From positions 147,684,001 through 147,748,000 of the forward strand of contig NC_042998.1 of the NCBI RefSeq assembly GCF_006345805.1: a stretch of 64,000 nucleotides of DNA. The letters run 5' to 3'. A program made the translations under genes and the position numbers. Below the pieces are notes generated by a model. It was not told where the DNA came from and searched no databases. It saw only the letters and a program-made list of their open reading frames with translations. Positions 37,971 through 50,769 of the stretch are shown here, piece by piece (within the stretch, counting starts at the first letter, position 1; every line of letters starts with the position of its first letter). This DNA comes from Octopus sinensis. Taxonomy: Eukaryota.

Positions 37971-38638
37971 TGGAAGTATGCTGTGCGTGAGAAGACCCGG
38001 CAAGACTAGTGAAGCCATAATCCATGGCCCCTACCTGGGACGTAGTCAGTCCACCTGTGCATACCTTCCTTCTTGTGACACTTGTGAAGACCTGTTGAGG
38101 CAAGTGAGAATCGGATCGAATCAAATCAAATCAAATCGAACCAAATCAAAATAGATGAACATCAATGGAATTTGTATCCTTGTGGTACCAGTGCCGGTGG
38201 CACATAAGAAAACCATCCGAACGTGATCGTAGCCAGTACTGCAACGACTGGCCTCCGTGCTGAGGGCACGTAACAAACACCATCCGAGCGTGGCCGTCCG
38301 CCAGCCCCGTCTGGCACCTGTGTCGGTGACACATAAGAAAACACCATCCGAGCGTGGCCGTCAGCCAGCCTCGTCTGGCACCTGTGTCGGTGGCACATAA
38401 AAAACACCATCCGAGCGTGGCCGTCTGCCAGCCTCGTCTGGCACCTGTGTCAGTGGCACATAAAATCACCCACTACACTCTCGGAGTGGTTGGCGTTAGG
38501 AAGGGCATCCAGCTGTAGAAACACTGCCAGATCTGACTGGCCTGGTGCAGCCTTCGGGCTTGCCAGACCCCAGTTGAACCGTCCAACCCATGCTAGCATG
38601 GAAAGCGGACGTTAAACGATGATGATGATGATGATGAT
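37971..38638 (+). mobile_element. Young RTE 3'UTR copy (single-unit form), with ~62-bp internal repeats and (GAT)n tail
   Basis: Starts at the ORF2 end (...GAGAAGACCCGGCAAGACTAG); colinear with one unit of 58570-60875 plus the tail. Confidence 0.88.
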
Positions 38639-38676
38639 ATATATATACATACATATATATATATATTTATATATAT

Positions 38677-38704
<28 letters not shown>

Positions 38705-38707
<3 letters not shown>

Positions 38708-39960
38708 TAGACAAGAACAGATAATAAAGCCAAGGTTGTGAGGAGGTTTCAGGACATTTATAAGGAAAGAGATATAGTCTTACAGGTGTTTTGGGGATAT
38801 TGTGGATATCCCTTCATCAGAGACGATGAGGAGAGAGGTAAATATTTGAGTTCAAAATAAGGAAATTATTATGGAAAAGGAGGAGGGAAAAGAGGGAAAA
38901 CAGAGGGAAATAAGAGAATGAAGGTAAAATTATTCCATTATTCGAGTAAAGTGGTGTATAGAATGGGTATAAAAGTTTCCTGTGCATGGTATGTAAGTTT
39001 CGATAATAGTTTGTGTTTAGTCATTTCAAAGTATGGAGCCATGGATTCTGTGTTGCCCATTCGAATGGGTTTTGTGGTGTGAATGAAAATTTGAGAATGT
39101 ATTTGTAGTATTTGGGGATAGATGGAGGAGGGAGAGATGAGTATGATTAGAATGAGGAGATAGGTCAAAATGAAGAGAAGAAGGGAAAATGAGAGAAAGA
39201 AAGAGAGAAAAAAGAAAAAGGATAAAAGAGTAATGATAATAAAAAGAGAGAGAAAAGAAGAGGGACAGGGAAGAAAAAAATGAAGAAAGGGTGACAGTGG
39301 TGAGAAAAGGAGTGTTAGTTGGTGGTCAACATAATGTGAGAGGAGAATGGGAGAGGAGTGATAAAGGGGTGGATAGAAAGAGATGAGAAGGTAAGGAGTG
39401 AATAAATGTGAGATATGTGGGTAGGGATGATATGATAGGGCTGCATTAAAGGATGGGTAGAGAAAAGGTATGGACAGAGCGATACCAAAGTAAATAGTAG
39501 TTTTAGTAGTAAAATTTAAAGTGGAGGGTGTAGTGTGTGCGCGATTTGAATATAGAGGCACCTACCTTCTCTTCTTAGTGACGGAGACCCTCCAACGGTG
39601 ACTAGTCCTTCCACACAGCCCCGACCCGAACACTAATGATAGCAGCTGCTAGCCCAAACCCTTAGCGACGTCCTCACACGTCTTGTCACCTGCACGACCC
39701 ACGTTGGAAAGGGCGCAATTCCCTGCTCCCTGTGCACGCCTGACGGCTGACCCCTTCCGGTTGCCCCAGCTTCCGGTCAACACACCCGGCTGCTGACGTC
39801 ATCCCACAGAGGGAAGAATACAAGGATGTCAAAATTTCTATAAATAGACATATGCAATAGGTTAGCGTGATAGGTTGGAGTCAGGAGAGGAAAGAAGGTA
39901 TAATGACATATGTATGCTCGCACCCACGTACATATACATGTGTGCTCATGCATACATACA
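38705..39960 (-). mobile_element. Non-autonomous PLE-associated element ending in a degenerate HHR
   Basis: Homologous to 6650-7270 and 8130-8290; HHR-like motif near its end; (TA)n flank. Confidence 0.7.
38774..38827 (-). ncRNA. Degenerate type I hammerhead ribozyme
   Basis: ATCGTCT-CTGATGA-A-GGGATAT(CCACA)ATATCCC-C-AAAA-CACCTG-TA-AGACTAT; G12 to A, stem III palindrome broken. Confidence 0.6.
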
Positions 39961-39974
39961 TATACACACATACA

Positions 39975-40190
39975 TAATTCCAACTTAGGTGACCCCCCCT
40001 ATCACTGATGTTTGCCAAATTTTCGTTGAAGGAGGACTATCTCCTGTCCCTTAAAAGAATAAAGTCCAAATTGGAAGACAACCTATACCTGAGTCTAAGG
40101 ACCTTTCATGCCAAGTTTGAACATGATTGCTTTATTGGTCTTGGAGTGCATTGGTAACAAACAAACAAGCAATTTATATACATGGATATA
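39975..40190 (+). mobile_element. Helitron-like non-autonomous 3' fragment
   Basis: CAAGTTTGAACATGATTG...AACAAACAAACAAGCAATTTATATA end resembles non-autonomous Helitron termini. Confidence 0.4.
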
Positions 40191-40409
40191 TATATAAAAG
40201 TCAAGATGAGATGACTAGCAGGATTTTTTTAATATTGCAAGGAATTGCATAATTTTTGTATTTATTTTGCAGCATGTTGATTGATATAACTATCCCATTG
40301 AATATTGAAATGGTTATAACTGATTAATAATGTAATACAAGTGTCTTTATTCTTATGCATATGTATAAGTATATATGTATATATATGCATATATATATAT
40401 GTATATATA

Positions 40410-40421
40410 TCTATCTATCTA

Positions 40422-40512
<91 letters not shown>
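40410..40512. repeat. (CTAT)n microsatellite
   Basis: Direct reading. Confidence 0.95.
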
Positions 40513-40919
40513 ATACATATTTATGTATGTATGTATGTATGTATGTATAAATTCGGTGTGTATTGTGCTCCATTACTTAATAAATGAAAAATATATAAAT
40601 GAAAATATGAGTGTGTGTGTGTGTGTGTGTGTGTGTAATTTAATATACACACAATTACAAAAGAGCTACTAATAGTTTCATGCTTAAAATACATTAAATT
40701 GGCTGATTTATATAACATGCATTGTTTCTCCTTATCAGGCTAATTTCATACATTATATAATATAAAAGCCAGGATGCTGGACTATGATCAAAAACATGAG
40801 AAAAAGCAAGAAGAAAATAAATGAGCAGAAAAACGATTGATGGAAAAAGTGAAACAAGAAGTAAGGACAGAAAAGTAAAATAAACCAAGATCTTCATTCT
40901 CTTTGACTGTAGAAACCAT

Positions 40920-41420
40920 ACCTACTAATTTGTCCAAAGTTGATTTCTTAGATGCTTCCCTACACTAACACTCATGCTCTTATAATATAAACCTCATCAT
41001 GAATCAAATGAGAAGCTCACATGTGTACATAAACAGTTCTGTCATGCCCCTCCTATTGTGTTTAAAAACCTAATAGCCAACATCAGTAATAAGATATTTA
41101 ATGTATCCTCTCCAAGGGAAAATTTCTATAAAACAGCCCCCTACTATATGCTCTAGTTGACAATGGATTCAAAGATAAGATAGCCTATAACCCCTCAGTT
41201 AAAAATATGAAGCCTAGAAATAGACCTAAGAAAATAATATGGTTCACCCCACCTTTTTCCTTAAATGTTAAAACTAACATAGACAAGAAATTCCTTGTAT
41301 CGTTAAATAAGCATTTCCCAGTAAATCACATAAATACAGGAAGATTTCTAATAGGTGCATGGTAAAGATTTCCAACAGCTGCTACCCAATATGAAAGACA
41401 TTATCACTCATAAGTCACAT
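40920..41420 (+). pseudogene. Decayed PLE RT thumb/linker
   Basis: Manual translation gives VDFLD...KIIWFTPPFSLNVKTNIDKKFL..LNKHFP, typical of PLE RTs. Confidence 0.75.
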
Positions 41421-42190
41421 CAAGAACTAACTCCTAGTTGTAACTTTTGAGACTTTGAAACTTGCTTGCTTGATCTGGTGTGTTCCTCTGAGGGTGATCT
41501 TTGCTGAGTGTCTAAGGCAGCCGGTATGTTCACTGTGAAACAATTAGAGTGCTCAGAGTGAGCCCCACTGGCTTGCATATGAAAAGCATGGAATATAAAG
41601 CTGAAGTTACAGAAGTGCTCCAAGACAATATAATTGAGAAAAGGAATTACATTGGTCTATGCTAAGGCAATTTTAAAAGCCATTAAGCAAACCACCACTC
41701 ATCTTTCTGACATTGATAAAAATAAGGCCACTAAGTTGGGGGTCTGAAGACCAACTACACACCACATACAATCAAGCAGAGAATCATGGAGAAATGTACA
41801 TTTAAATGGATGAAAGAGATAAAAGTTATGCATAGTTGAAAGATTGCCCATTCTTTTTAGGTCCAAGAATTCCACCACACTACTTAATTCCAGATTCAAA
41901 ATTTTTAGCAAATGCAAGCACATGCACAAGTTTCCTTTGTTAAACTGAAGGTTGAACTCCAGGTTGAATAGCTAACTCACAGACTTTGGCCTCCTTTCTG
42001 TTGTTTTATTTTGCACCATCTACATTATGATTTCTGCAGTCAAAGAGAATAAGGCTCTTGCTTTACTTAATTTTCTTTTCTTTCTTGTTTCTCTTTTTGC
42101 ATCAACCTCATTCAGTTTTTTTTTCTTCTAGGGATTTTTCTTCTCATTTTTTCCCCATGTTTTCTCATAGTCCAGCATCCTAGTTATTAA
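41420..42190 (-). pseudogene. Second, inverted decayed PLE-like fragment
   Basis: VVEFLDL and ASGAH...NIPAAL resemble PLE RT motifs; 42040-42185 is an inverted homologue of 40780-40915. Confidence 0.45.
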
Positions 42191-42251
42191 ATACGTCTAG
42201 TGTATGAACTGAACTGGAGAAATTGCATGACGGTACACGGCATGTTAATCT

Positions 42252-42705
42252 AATGCAATGCTATTACCTGTTTAAATATGCCAGTGGCATGTTCGAACTT
42301 GCAAAGAAGCCATTCACTGTGTTTCGTCATGGAGAAAATTTCTTGCTGTAGACAAATGGTGTAAATACACCTAAATCAGCTCACAGCACCACCTATGCAG
42401 ACTGTGAGATGCTGGTAGTTATGATTAGCACTATCAGCCAACATATGATGGCAAGAGTAACATAAGAGAGATTGTCTCTCTCATTAGCTCACAGCACCAC
42501 CATCCAGTTTCTATGACTGAAGAGGAGATAACCTCAAAATGCTTGTATATCACAGTCTGGATAGGTGGTGCTGCAAGCTGATTTAGGTGTATTTACACCA
42601 TTTGTCTACAGCAAGAAATTTTCTCCATGACAAAACACAGTGAATGGCTTGCTTACAAGTTTGAACGTACCACTGGCATATTCGAAATGGTAATAACATT
42701 GCATT
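42252..42705. mobile_element. Foldback element with ~156-bp inverted arms
   Basis: 42252-42407 pairs with 42550-42705, including a perfect ~55-bp core TCATGGAGAAAATTTCTTGCTGTAGACAAATGGTGTAAATACACCTAAATCAGCT. Confidence 0.85.
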
Positions 42706-43496
42706 TATACACATCACTTAGTGCTCTCACCTCATAAGTTGATTTAATGTATCTTAAAGGATGAAAGTATTAGTAGCTCTTTTGTAATTATGTGTGTTAA
42801 ATGATGTTTATCTCTCACTAAACGGGCTACTTTTTTTGGTTGATCCTACCTATATTGGAACCAAACGCATACACACACACACAGAGTTGAATAAGATTTG
42901 CATAAAAACCATGTAGTATTCTATAACAGAGCTCATCCACAACCGATTCTTTTGTTATAGCAGAGATCAGGTACTTTACATTCCTTTCAAATAAATAACT
43001 GACAAGCATGGAAATGGTCAATCCTTATCTCCTTATCACATTATTATCTCTAAATGTTTAATTTCATTCTTTATATTGTTTTTTTTCTTCCTAATATTCT
43101 GTTATTTTATAGTTTACAGAACATGGGGGTCTTTTTTTCTTTTTATTGTTTATTTTTGCATTTTGATCATACTTTTGTTTTGTCTGTCTTTTTATCTATG
43201 GGTTTTGTTTTGTGTGCAAATTGCAGAAAATAGTACACTGCTTTTGGGTCGTTATAGAGTGAAATGACAGTCTGATCTAACAAAGGGCTTATTCAAAATA
43301 ATCACCTGTAGGAAAACACGTTACACCTTTCGTGGATGATAGTGATTATGTGATATGTTAATTATAACATTTCACCAATGCACTATGGATGTGATGATGT
43401 GTGAAAACAATCGTAGTGATATGGAATAAAGAATGTCATTCAATCCATTTTCTCTTATTCATCTCTGTGTATATAAGTATACATACGTACATACAA

Positions 43497-43551
<55 letters not shown>

Positions 43552-43571
43552 CACGCACACACATATATATG

Positions 43572-43985
43572 TAGGTGCAGGCATGACTGTATGGTTAGAA
43601 GCTTGCTTACCAACCACATAGTTTCTGGGTTCAGTCCCACTTCGTGGTATCTTGGGCAAGTGTCTTCTATTATATCCTTGGGCCAACCAAAGCCTTGTGA
43701 GTGGATTTGGTAGATGGAAACTGAAAGAAGCTTATTGTATATATCGATATGTATGTATGCATGTCTGTGTCTTTGTGTCTGTGTTTGTCTACCTATCACT
43801 GCTTGAAAACTGGTGTTGGTGTGATTACATCTCCGTAACTTAGTGGTTCGACAAAGAGACCAATAGAATAAGTACTAAGCTTAAAAAGTAAGTCCTGGGG
43901 TCGATCTGTTTGACTAGGAGCCTTCAAGGCAGTACTCCAGTATGGTTGCAGTCAAATGACTAGAACAAGTAAATGAATAAAAGTA
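43572..43985 (+). mobile_element. SINE family A, full length
   Basis: tRNA-like head, CTTGGGCAAGTG core, 3' GCAGTCAAATGACT...AAGTAAA tail. Confidence 0.88.
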
Positions 43986-44024
43986 AATATATATATATAT
44001 ATATACATATATATACATATATGT

Positions 44025-44360
44025 GAAGGCGCATGGCTCAGTGGTTAGAGCATCGAGCTTACGATCGTGAGGTTGTGAGCTCGAATCCTGGACCGGGCTG
44101 CGTGTTGTGTTCTTGAGCAAGACACTTTATTTCACATTGCTCCTGTTCACTCAGCTGTAGAAATGAGTTGCGACGTCACGAGTGCCAAGCTGTATCGGCC
44201 TTTGCCTTTCCCTTGGATAACACTGGTGGCGTGGAGAGGGGAGGCCGGTATGCATGGGCGACTGCTAGTCTTCCATAAACAACCATGCCCAGACTTGTGA
44301 CTAGGAGGGTAACTTTCTAGGTGCAATCCCATGGTCAGTGTCGTGACCGAAGGGGGTCCC
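44025..44360 (+). mobile_element. SINE family B, near intact
   Basis: A-box TGGCTCAGTGG, B-box GCTCGAATCC, MetaSINE-like central domain. Confidence 0.9.
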
Positions 44361-44373
44361 GGATCCCGGATAC

Positions 44374-44421
<48 letters not shown>

Positions 44422-44439
44422 GTACATATATACATACAT

Positions 44440-45680
44440 AAATATACATCACAAAACCTCGCAAAGCTAAGTATATATTTATATTTAAGATTTTTAGATT
44501 TTAAAATTTAAACATTTTAATAAGTCTTATTGTATAATATTGTATTTTATATAAATACTGATTGTTATGTAATGATCTAGTTATCGTAGTTTTTTCTATA
44601 TAATTATTAGATTTTAACTCTACGTTTATTTGTAAGACTTTACTTAGCTAAAGAGATATATAGATCGTTAACAGTTATACGAGTTTTTTTAAAGTTAGGT
44701 TTCATGTATTTACATGTATTGATAGCATAAATTTTAGTCTTAAATAACTATATTTGTTGTTAATTATTTAAAATTTTTTATAATTGTTATTATAACTTAT
44801 ATATTGCTTTTTTTAAAATTGATAATTGGTTGTAATATTTTTTCCATTGATAAATATATTCGTAGTATTTATTGGATACTATATAACTACGGTATAACTA
44901 CAGATTGATTATTTCATTAAGTATTTTATTATTTCATTTTAGTTTCTTAACTATACAGTTTTTGTAAGTTATTAGTTAGCCAACGAGATATATGGATCGT
45001 TAATTAGTTATAGCGTTCTTTTAAGATTGTTTGTTTGTTTGTTTACAATTAGCTTTTTCATCTTTAATCTTTTAATATATTTTTAAGTAATAATGAATAA
45101 TTAATTTATTAGGTCTTTATTATACGTGCATATACATTTATTGATAGAGATAATTTTAGATCTTAATTCTTATATTTATTTATATACATTTATATATTTT
45201 CATTGATAATTTAGTTATTATTCAAATATTATATAATTATTTGACTTGAATAGTCATTTTTTTTTTTTAGATATTGACTATTACTGAGATTAGATTATTT
45301 GTGGGTTTCTTACCTTAAAAATTAATATTTAACATCATAATCGATTGTATGACATAATTATAATCGTTAAAGTTTCTAGTTTGATAATAGTGTTTTTTAA
45401 AAGAAAAATTATTATTTTATTTATTTCTTAAAAAATTTCATTGTTTATTTAAATATTATCATTAACCTGAAAATTGACTATAACCATAATTCGAATTATT
45501 AATTGAATTTAAATTATTGTTATTCGAATTAGGTTATGGGCATGAAACGATCGTAGTGGTTTTACTCTTTATCTTATATTAAACTTTTTAATACTTTTTG
45601 ATAGTTATATGTATTTAAAAAAAAAATTAAAATAAAATAAAATTAAAATTAAAATAATAATAATAATAAAAATAAAAATA
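44440..45680 (+). mobile_element. Very AT-rich non-coding element between (TA)n tracts, with an internal degenerate repeat and an HHR-like motif
   Basis: TTAGC.AA.GAGATATAT.GATCGTTAA at ~44645 and ~44975; HHR motif at 45461-45561. Confidence 0.5.
45461..45561 (+). ncRNA. Degenerate type I HHR with long stem II
   Basis: CTGAAAA (G8 to A)-TTGACTATAACCATAATTCGAAT...ATTCGAATTAGGTTATGGGCAT-GAAA-CGATCG-TA; palindromic ACGATCGT; weak stem I. Confidence 0.55.
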
Positions 45681-45877
45681 ATAAAATATATATATATATA
45701 TATAGAAATTTATAAGTATAAATTAATAATTAAAAATTTTTTTAAATTTTAACTTTAAATTTAAATAATTTATATTTTGAATTTTATATTTTATATATTA
45801 TATTAATTAATTTTATTTCTATGTTTTGGTTTATGTTTTTCACTGTTTGATTTGCCTAATAGTGGTTTTATCTCTAA

Positions 45878-45919
<42 letters not shown>

Positions 45920-47099
45920 TATTAGGGAATATGATTCCCAACTTACCAGGGAAAATTCAATTTAGTAATACTAAATCAAATTTCCCAATGTATTATATAT
46001 GTATATGAATTAGAAAAGAACCACCACATAGCAATTCGACAATGATATACTTAAATCATACCATATAGAATAAAAAAAATTAAAGATTCGATAAAGCATT
46101 TACCGAGAACTCAATAAAGTACGAAATAATAAATAAATAGTATATAATTAGTAAATAGACTACATGTGTTCCGTGGCTATATTTACAAATTGATAACAAT
46201 AAAATCAATTCAGTTTAAATATAGTCACTCATGTGGTCTAAGATAAAAGCAATAAAGTAATTAAATAAATGTACGTATATTATCTTATAAGAAAATGTAA
46301 TTATATATAAAAATACGTAATTTTACAATAAAAATTCAACAAAATTCAACAATATATATATATATTATATATATATATATGTATATATAAAATTACTTAA
46401 TAAACATGATACATGTGCTACTAATAGTTTCTTGTGCTGAGAGCATGCCAAACAAAGTTTTATAACATGTCTGACATCTCGGCACAGTCATCAGGCACAA
46501 GCACATAAGAATATGTATTGTATCTATTAAATAATATTTATCTCTCACCAGATGGAATATTTTTTTGTTGATCTTACCATCATGGAACAGTACATTATCA
46601 TCAGTGGATCATATATCCGAAAAAAAAAGAGCACTCTAAAAGTTAGAGCAGCATGAAGTTAAATATATGTTCTATGGATGCAAAACCATTGGTGACTCTA
46701 TGATTGAAAATATATTTAACTTCAGCGTTATTAATAATATTATGAATGATAATAATGGTAACATTTATTGTATTGACAACGATAATGATGCTAACTTCAA
46801 TGACACTTTAGAAATTAGTATGAAGTAATATGATGTACTATTACCTATGTATATTTGCATCTAGGTACTAATATGTGTATATTTATTATCACAATATTAA
46901 GTCGAAAAACTGAGACGTTGAGTGTGGAACATATATATGTTTACTAATTTATATTATTTATTTATATCATTATGTATATGTATATTTTAATATGTATAGG
47001 AGTGTGAGTATATGCACTCATATGTATATGTATATGTTGTATTATAGGAATGTACCCACACCCATGTGGATATATATGTAGACTGATTTATATTAAATA

Positions 47100-47226
47100 A
47101 TCTCCGAAGAGGCCTTATGATATTTTTGTAAATGTCTCATTTATATTTATATATTGACCTACCATAAAAGGCTAATATTGGTAAAATGAGACATACTTAT
47201 CTACATGGCCGAAACAGCTGTAAGAT
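47100..47226 (+). ncRNA. Type I HHR (U4C) with ~100-nt stem II insertion
   Basis: ATCT-CCGAAGA-GGCC...ATGTCTCATTT...AAATGAGACAT...GGCC-GAAA-CAGCTG-TA^AGAT. Confidence 0.65.
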
Positions 47227-47749
47227 GTAATCTATACTTATATTTATATTTACTTATATTTATATTCTCTTTTATATATATTCTACTTATTATACATCAT
47301 TACTCTTTTATGTACACTTTTTTATGTACACTACTGTATGTACACTGATTTGTTCTGCTTTTTATATGTAACCCTACAGCCTCTTATGTGGTGGTTTAAT
47401 AAAGTATGTGATTGAGTATTATCGTGTAATTGATATTTGATTTAGATGTATTTCTCCATTTTCTTATCTTGTATTAGTAATTTGTGGTAAATCATTTTAC
47501 CTTTGCCATATAATACAGTAAATGAATTGATTGCATCGCTAGTGAAGTTGGGTACTTCACTAGCAGTATATTGGATATATGTTATCCCATGGAGGGTTGC
47601 ATTTACAACCCCTATCTCAATTTGTATATATATATATATATATTATATATATATATATCTATATATATATATATCATCATCATTTAACATCCGTTTTCCA
47701 TGCTAGCATGGGTTACACACACAGGCTCACATACACACACACATACATG

Positions 47750-49060
47750 TATGTATGATGGTTGTCTGCTCAATACAAAGCTTGATCTCCTCCATGTACT
47801 TGGTGGTCATTTGTGACATAAGATCTTATGTGGCTATTTTGACTAGACATACTTTTAAAAAGATGTTCACATAAGTTGCAAGTTTTAGTTTTGGTACAGC
47901 TTGAACTGTCTGTGGTGTCTGATCTTGTTGAATCTTAAAATGGTTCTGCAGATTACCTTTAGATTTGCAGATGCTGTGGCATATATGGCATAGATAAGGG
48001 TGAACTGATAGGTGTGTTGTACAATCAGCATGAATTGGCCTATTGTATGCTGTTATATAAGATTTAAATCCAGCTTCAGAGAGACAGATTTTCCCACAAA
48101 ATGTACCAAAAGAAAATGCTTCACTAAGTTCATATTCCCTTTCTGGCTGTATTTTCCCCCTCTTAATATTTACCTGTATAAGTCTGTTTTGCTCAAAAGT
48201 TTTTACACTATCCTATATCTTTGACTGTTAGGTAGAGTGATCTGCTGTGAGACTTACCAGGTTTTTTTTATCAATTCCTACATTCTTCAAATTCTCCTTC
48301 AATGCATCCTTAAACATTTTTTTAATTATTTGACCTACGCTGTTTCCTTTTTCTTTGAACATAAAAGCAATTGCTTAGGGATACACTAGTCAGCCAAGCA
48401 GACAATATGTTCAGACAATTGCAGTTGATTTTTTTAAAACTATTGCCTGGATGGAACAAATACCAGATGATTTCCATTTTATTTTCAGAACACAGCATAT
48501 GCATTTTTGAGGGAATGGTTCCAGGAATCCAAAGTGAAGTTTGGACTAGTTTCAGAAGAGTAAAGAAGAGGAAATAACACAAAGGATTTATAAACAGATA
48601 TTTTTGTTTCATTGATATGTCTTTGTGAGCAGAGTTGAGACTATACGCTAACAAAAGTCTTTCCTGCCTTTTGAAACCTTAGAGATATTTCCAAATCCAA
48701 TGTTCCATTTTATTCACTACACCCCCAAAGTACATGAAAAATTCAACAACCTTAAAATTACTCTTTACATATATTCTAGGTTGCTGCACAACTTGACCAG
48801 AAGCAGTTGAGATAAAATTACTGCTTTCTTTAAATTTATAGTCAGACTAAAGATATCACACATCAGATCAAATGCAGAAATTAATGATTGCCGTTCATGC
48901 TTTGTATGACTGCTAAGGTTACAGTCATCATAATAGAGTAGGTCTCTTATTAGTGATGTGAATATTTTGCTCTTAAATTCATCCTTGCTAAATTAAAGAT
49001 ACTTCTTGTGGTATGATATCTCACATGTGTCCCCTCATCTTTGTTTTGAAGAGCATGATA
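47750..49060 (-). pseudogene. Old RTE/BovB-like LINE ORF2 remnant
   Basis: Manual translation: CDIFSLTINLKK...KVVEFFMYFGG...LDLEISLRFQKA..F; many stops. Confidence 0.65.
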
Positions 49061-49118
49061 GAGCATGACAGCAAAATATATTGCAAAGATCTTCTTGTTT
49101 CATGCCATACTCTACTGC

Positions 49119-49151
<33 letters not shown>

Positions 49152-49370
49152 TAGTCAGCAAAAAGTTACAGAAGTGATTCAAGGGCTGAGAATTTTGCCT
49201 GTGGTGCTTATCAAGCAAGGTAAATTTGTCAAGTGCCACACTTGAATTGTATTTGTAACTTTCAGTCAAATAAATAACAAATATGCATGAATACTTTTGT
49301 ATTGAGCTCTCTTTCTCCTGTTTGTTCTTCTAAACCTACAAACACACACACATCTATGTATGTATGCATT

Positions 49371-49404
<34 letters not shown>

Positions 49405-49407
<3 letters not shown>

Positions 49408-49935
49408 TAACAGTATTGCCCGGCGTTGCTCGGGTTTGTAAGGGAAATAACTATATAAACATTTTTAGAGAGTTATAGCAAAAAAATGCATTAAAAATGG
49501 AATAAAAAATGATGATAATTTTTTTTTTAAATCGTTGACTCAGTGTCTTCAAGCCATGAAGTCGTTGTTCTAAAAGAACGCTGGTTTCCTTAACAACGCA
49601 TTACGACGTTGATTTCTTTACACTCCCTTCCCCACAGCTTCACGAGGGAGGGAAGGGGGAGAAGCAAACAGGTGCAGCTGTGAGCGTGGACGCCAACTCC
49701 GCCGCCATCGACACACGATGCATTTTATGCATTAAAATGGAATAAAAAATGATGTTAAATTATTTTTAAAATCGTAGACTCATCGTTGATGCGCGCTAAT
49801 AGTCAGACGGGCTCGATATGAATCACGACTATAAGATACCCGAATTTGGTTAAACTGCACCGCAAAATGTGGTAGGAGTTAGGAATCTAAATCGAAGGGG
49901 ACAGACACTCACACAACTAGAGTTTTATATATATG
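49405..49935 (+). mobile_element. Non-autonomous Helitron-like element
   Basis: 5' TACTAACAGTATTGCCCGGCGTTGCTCGGG and 3' ACAGACAC...GAGTTTTATATATA, a typical non-autonomous Helitron/Lep1-like layout. Confidence 0.6.
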
Positions 49936-49937
49936 AG

Positions 49938-49972
<35 letters not shown>

Positions 49973-50000
49973 CGTGTGTGTGTGTGTGTGTGGATATATT

Positions 50001-50071
<71 letters not shown>

Positions 50072-50419
50072 AGTAAAGAGTGAGAGAGTGAGTGGGAGAG
50101 ATAGGTATAGATGTAGAAATATATGCAGGCCATTATTTTTTGTCTAGGAACTTTATTTTGGCTGCTGGCATTATTATCGCAGCCATATGGAATGTTGATT
50201 TAATATCACCAATCCCTGGTGAAGTAGAGGATCTTGGGAAATATAACCTAGTGGTAAATATCTGATTGCACCTACTTCTAACCCCCCTTCAATCTCTGTC
50301 ACTATACATACATACATACATACATACATACATAAATACATACATGCATACATATATATATACACATATTCATATACACACACACACAACCAAATGTATG
50401 TATTTATGTATGTATGTAG

Positions 50420-50457
<38 letters not shown>

Positions 50458-50515
50458 GTATGTATATATGTATAATAGATAACTATATGCATGTATTAAC
50501 ATAATATATATCTCA

Positions 50516-50567
<52 letters not shown>

Positions 50568-50719
50568 CATTGCTGTTTTTCTGTTCAGATCTGATCAACA
50601 AGAAACTTAATATATTCCATGCATGATATGAAAAGACCATACCAGTTGGCTGGTGCAGCCCTGAATGCATCAACTATTTCTTTCTCTAAAGTATACATTG
50701 CCTAAGCTTATCTGCAATC

Positions 50720-50769
<50 letters not shown>

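Noticed and set aside
38270-38460. ~62-bp hairpin-containing direct repeats (also at 11220-11340, 22390-22545, 58440-58620) that look CRISPR-like
   Set aside because: No variable spacers; they are internal repeats of the RTE 3'UTR
41420-41623. Possible host exon on the minus strand with a good acceptor (TGTTTCACAG)
   Set aside because: The peptide is better explained as decayed PLE RT-thumb sequence
46156-46240. HHR-shaped fold on the minus strand (TAGAC-CACATGA...GGAA-CACATG-TA-GTCTA)
   Set aside because: Three core changes are needed, and the sequence is explained equally well as a simple long hairpin
46440-46500. CTGATGA motif on the minus strand followed by ACATGT
   Set aside because: No GAAA and no stem I
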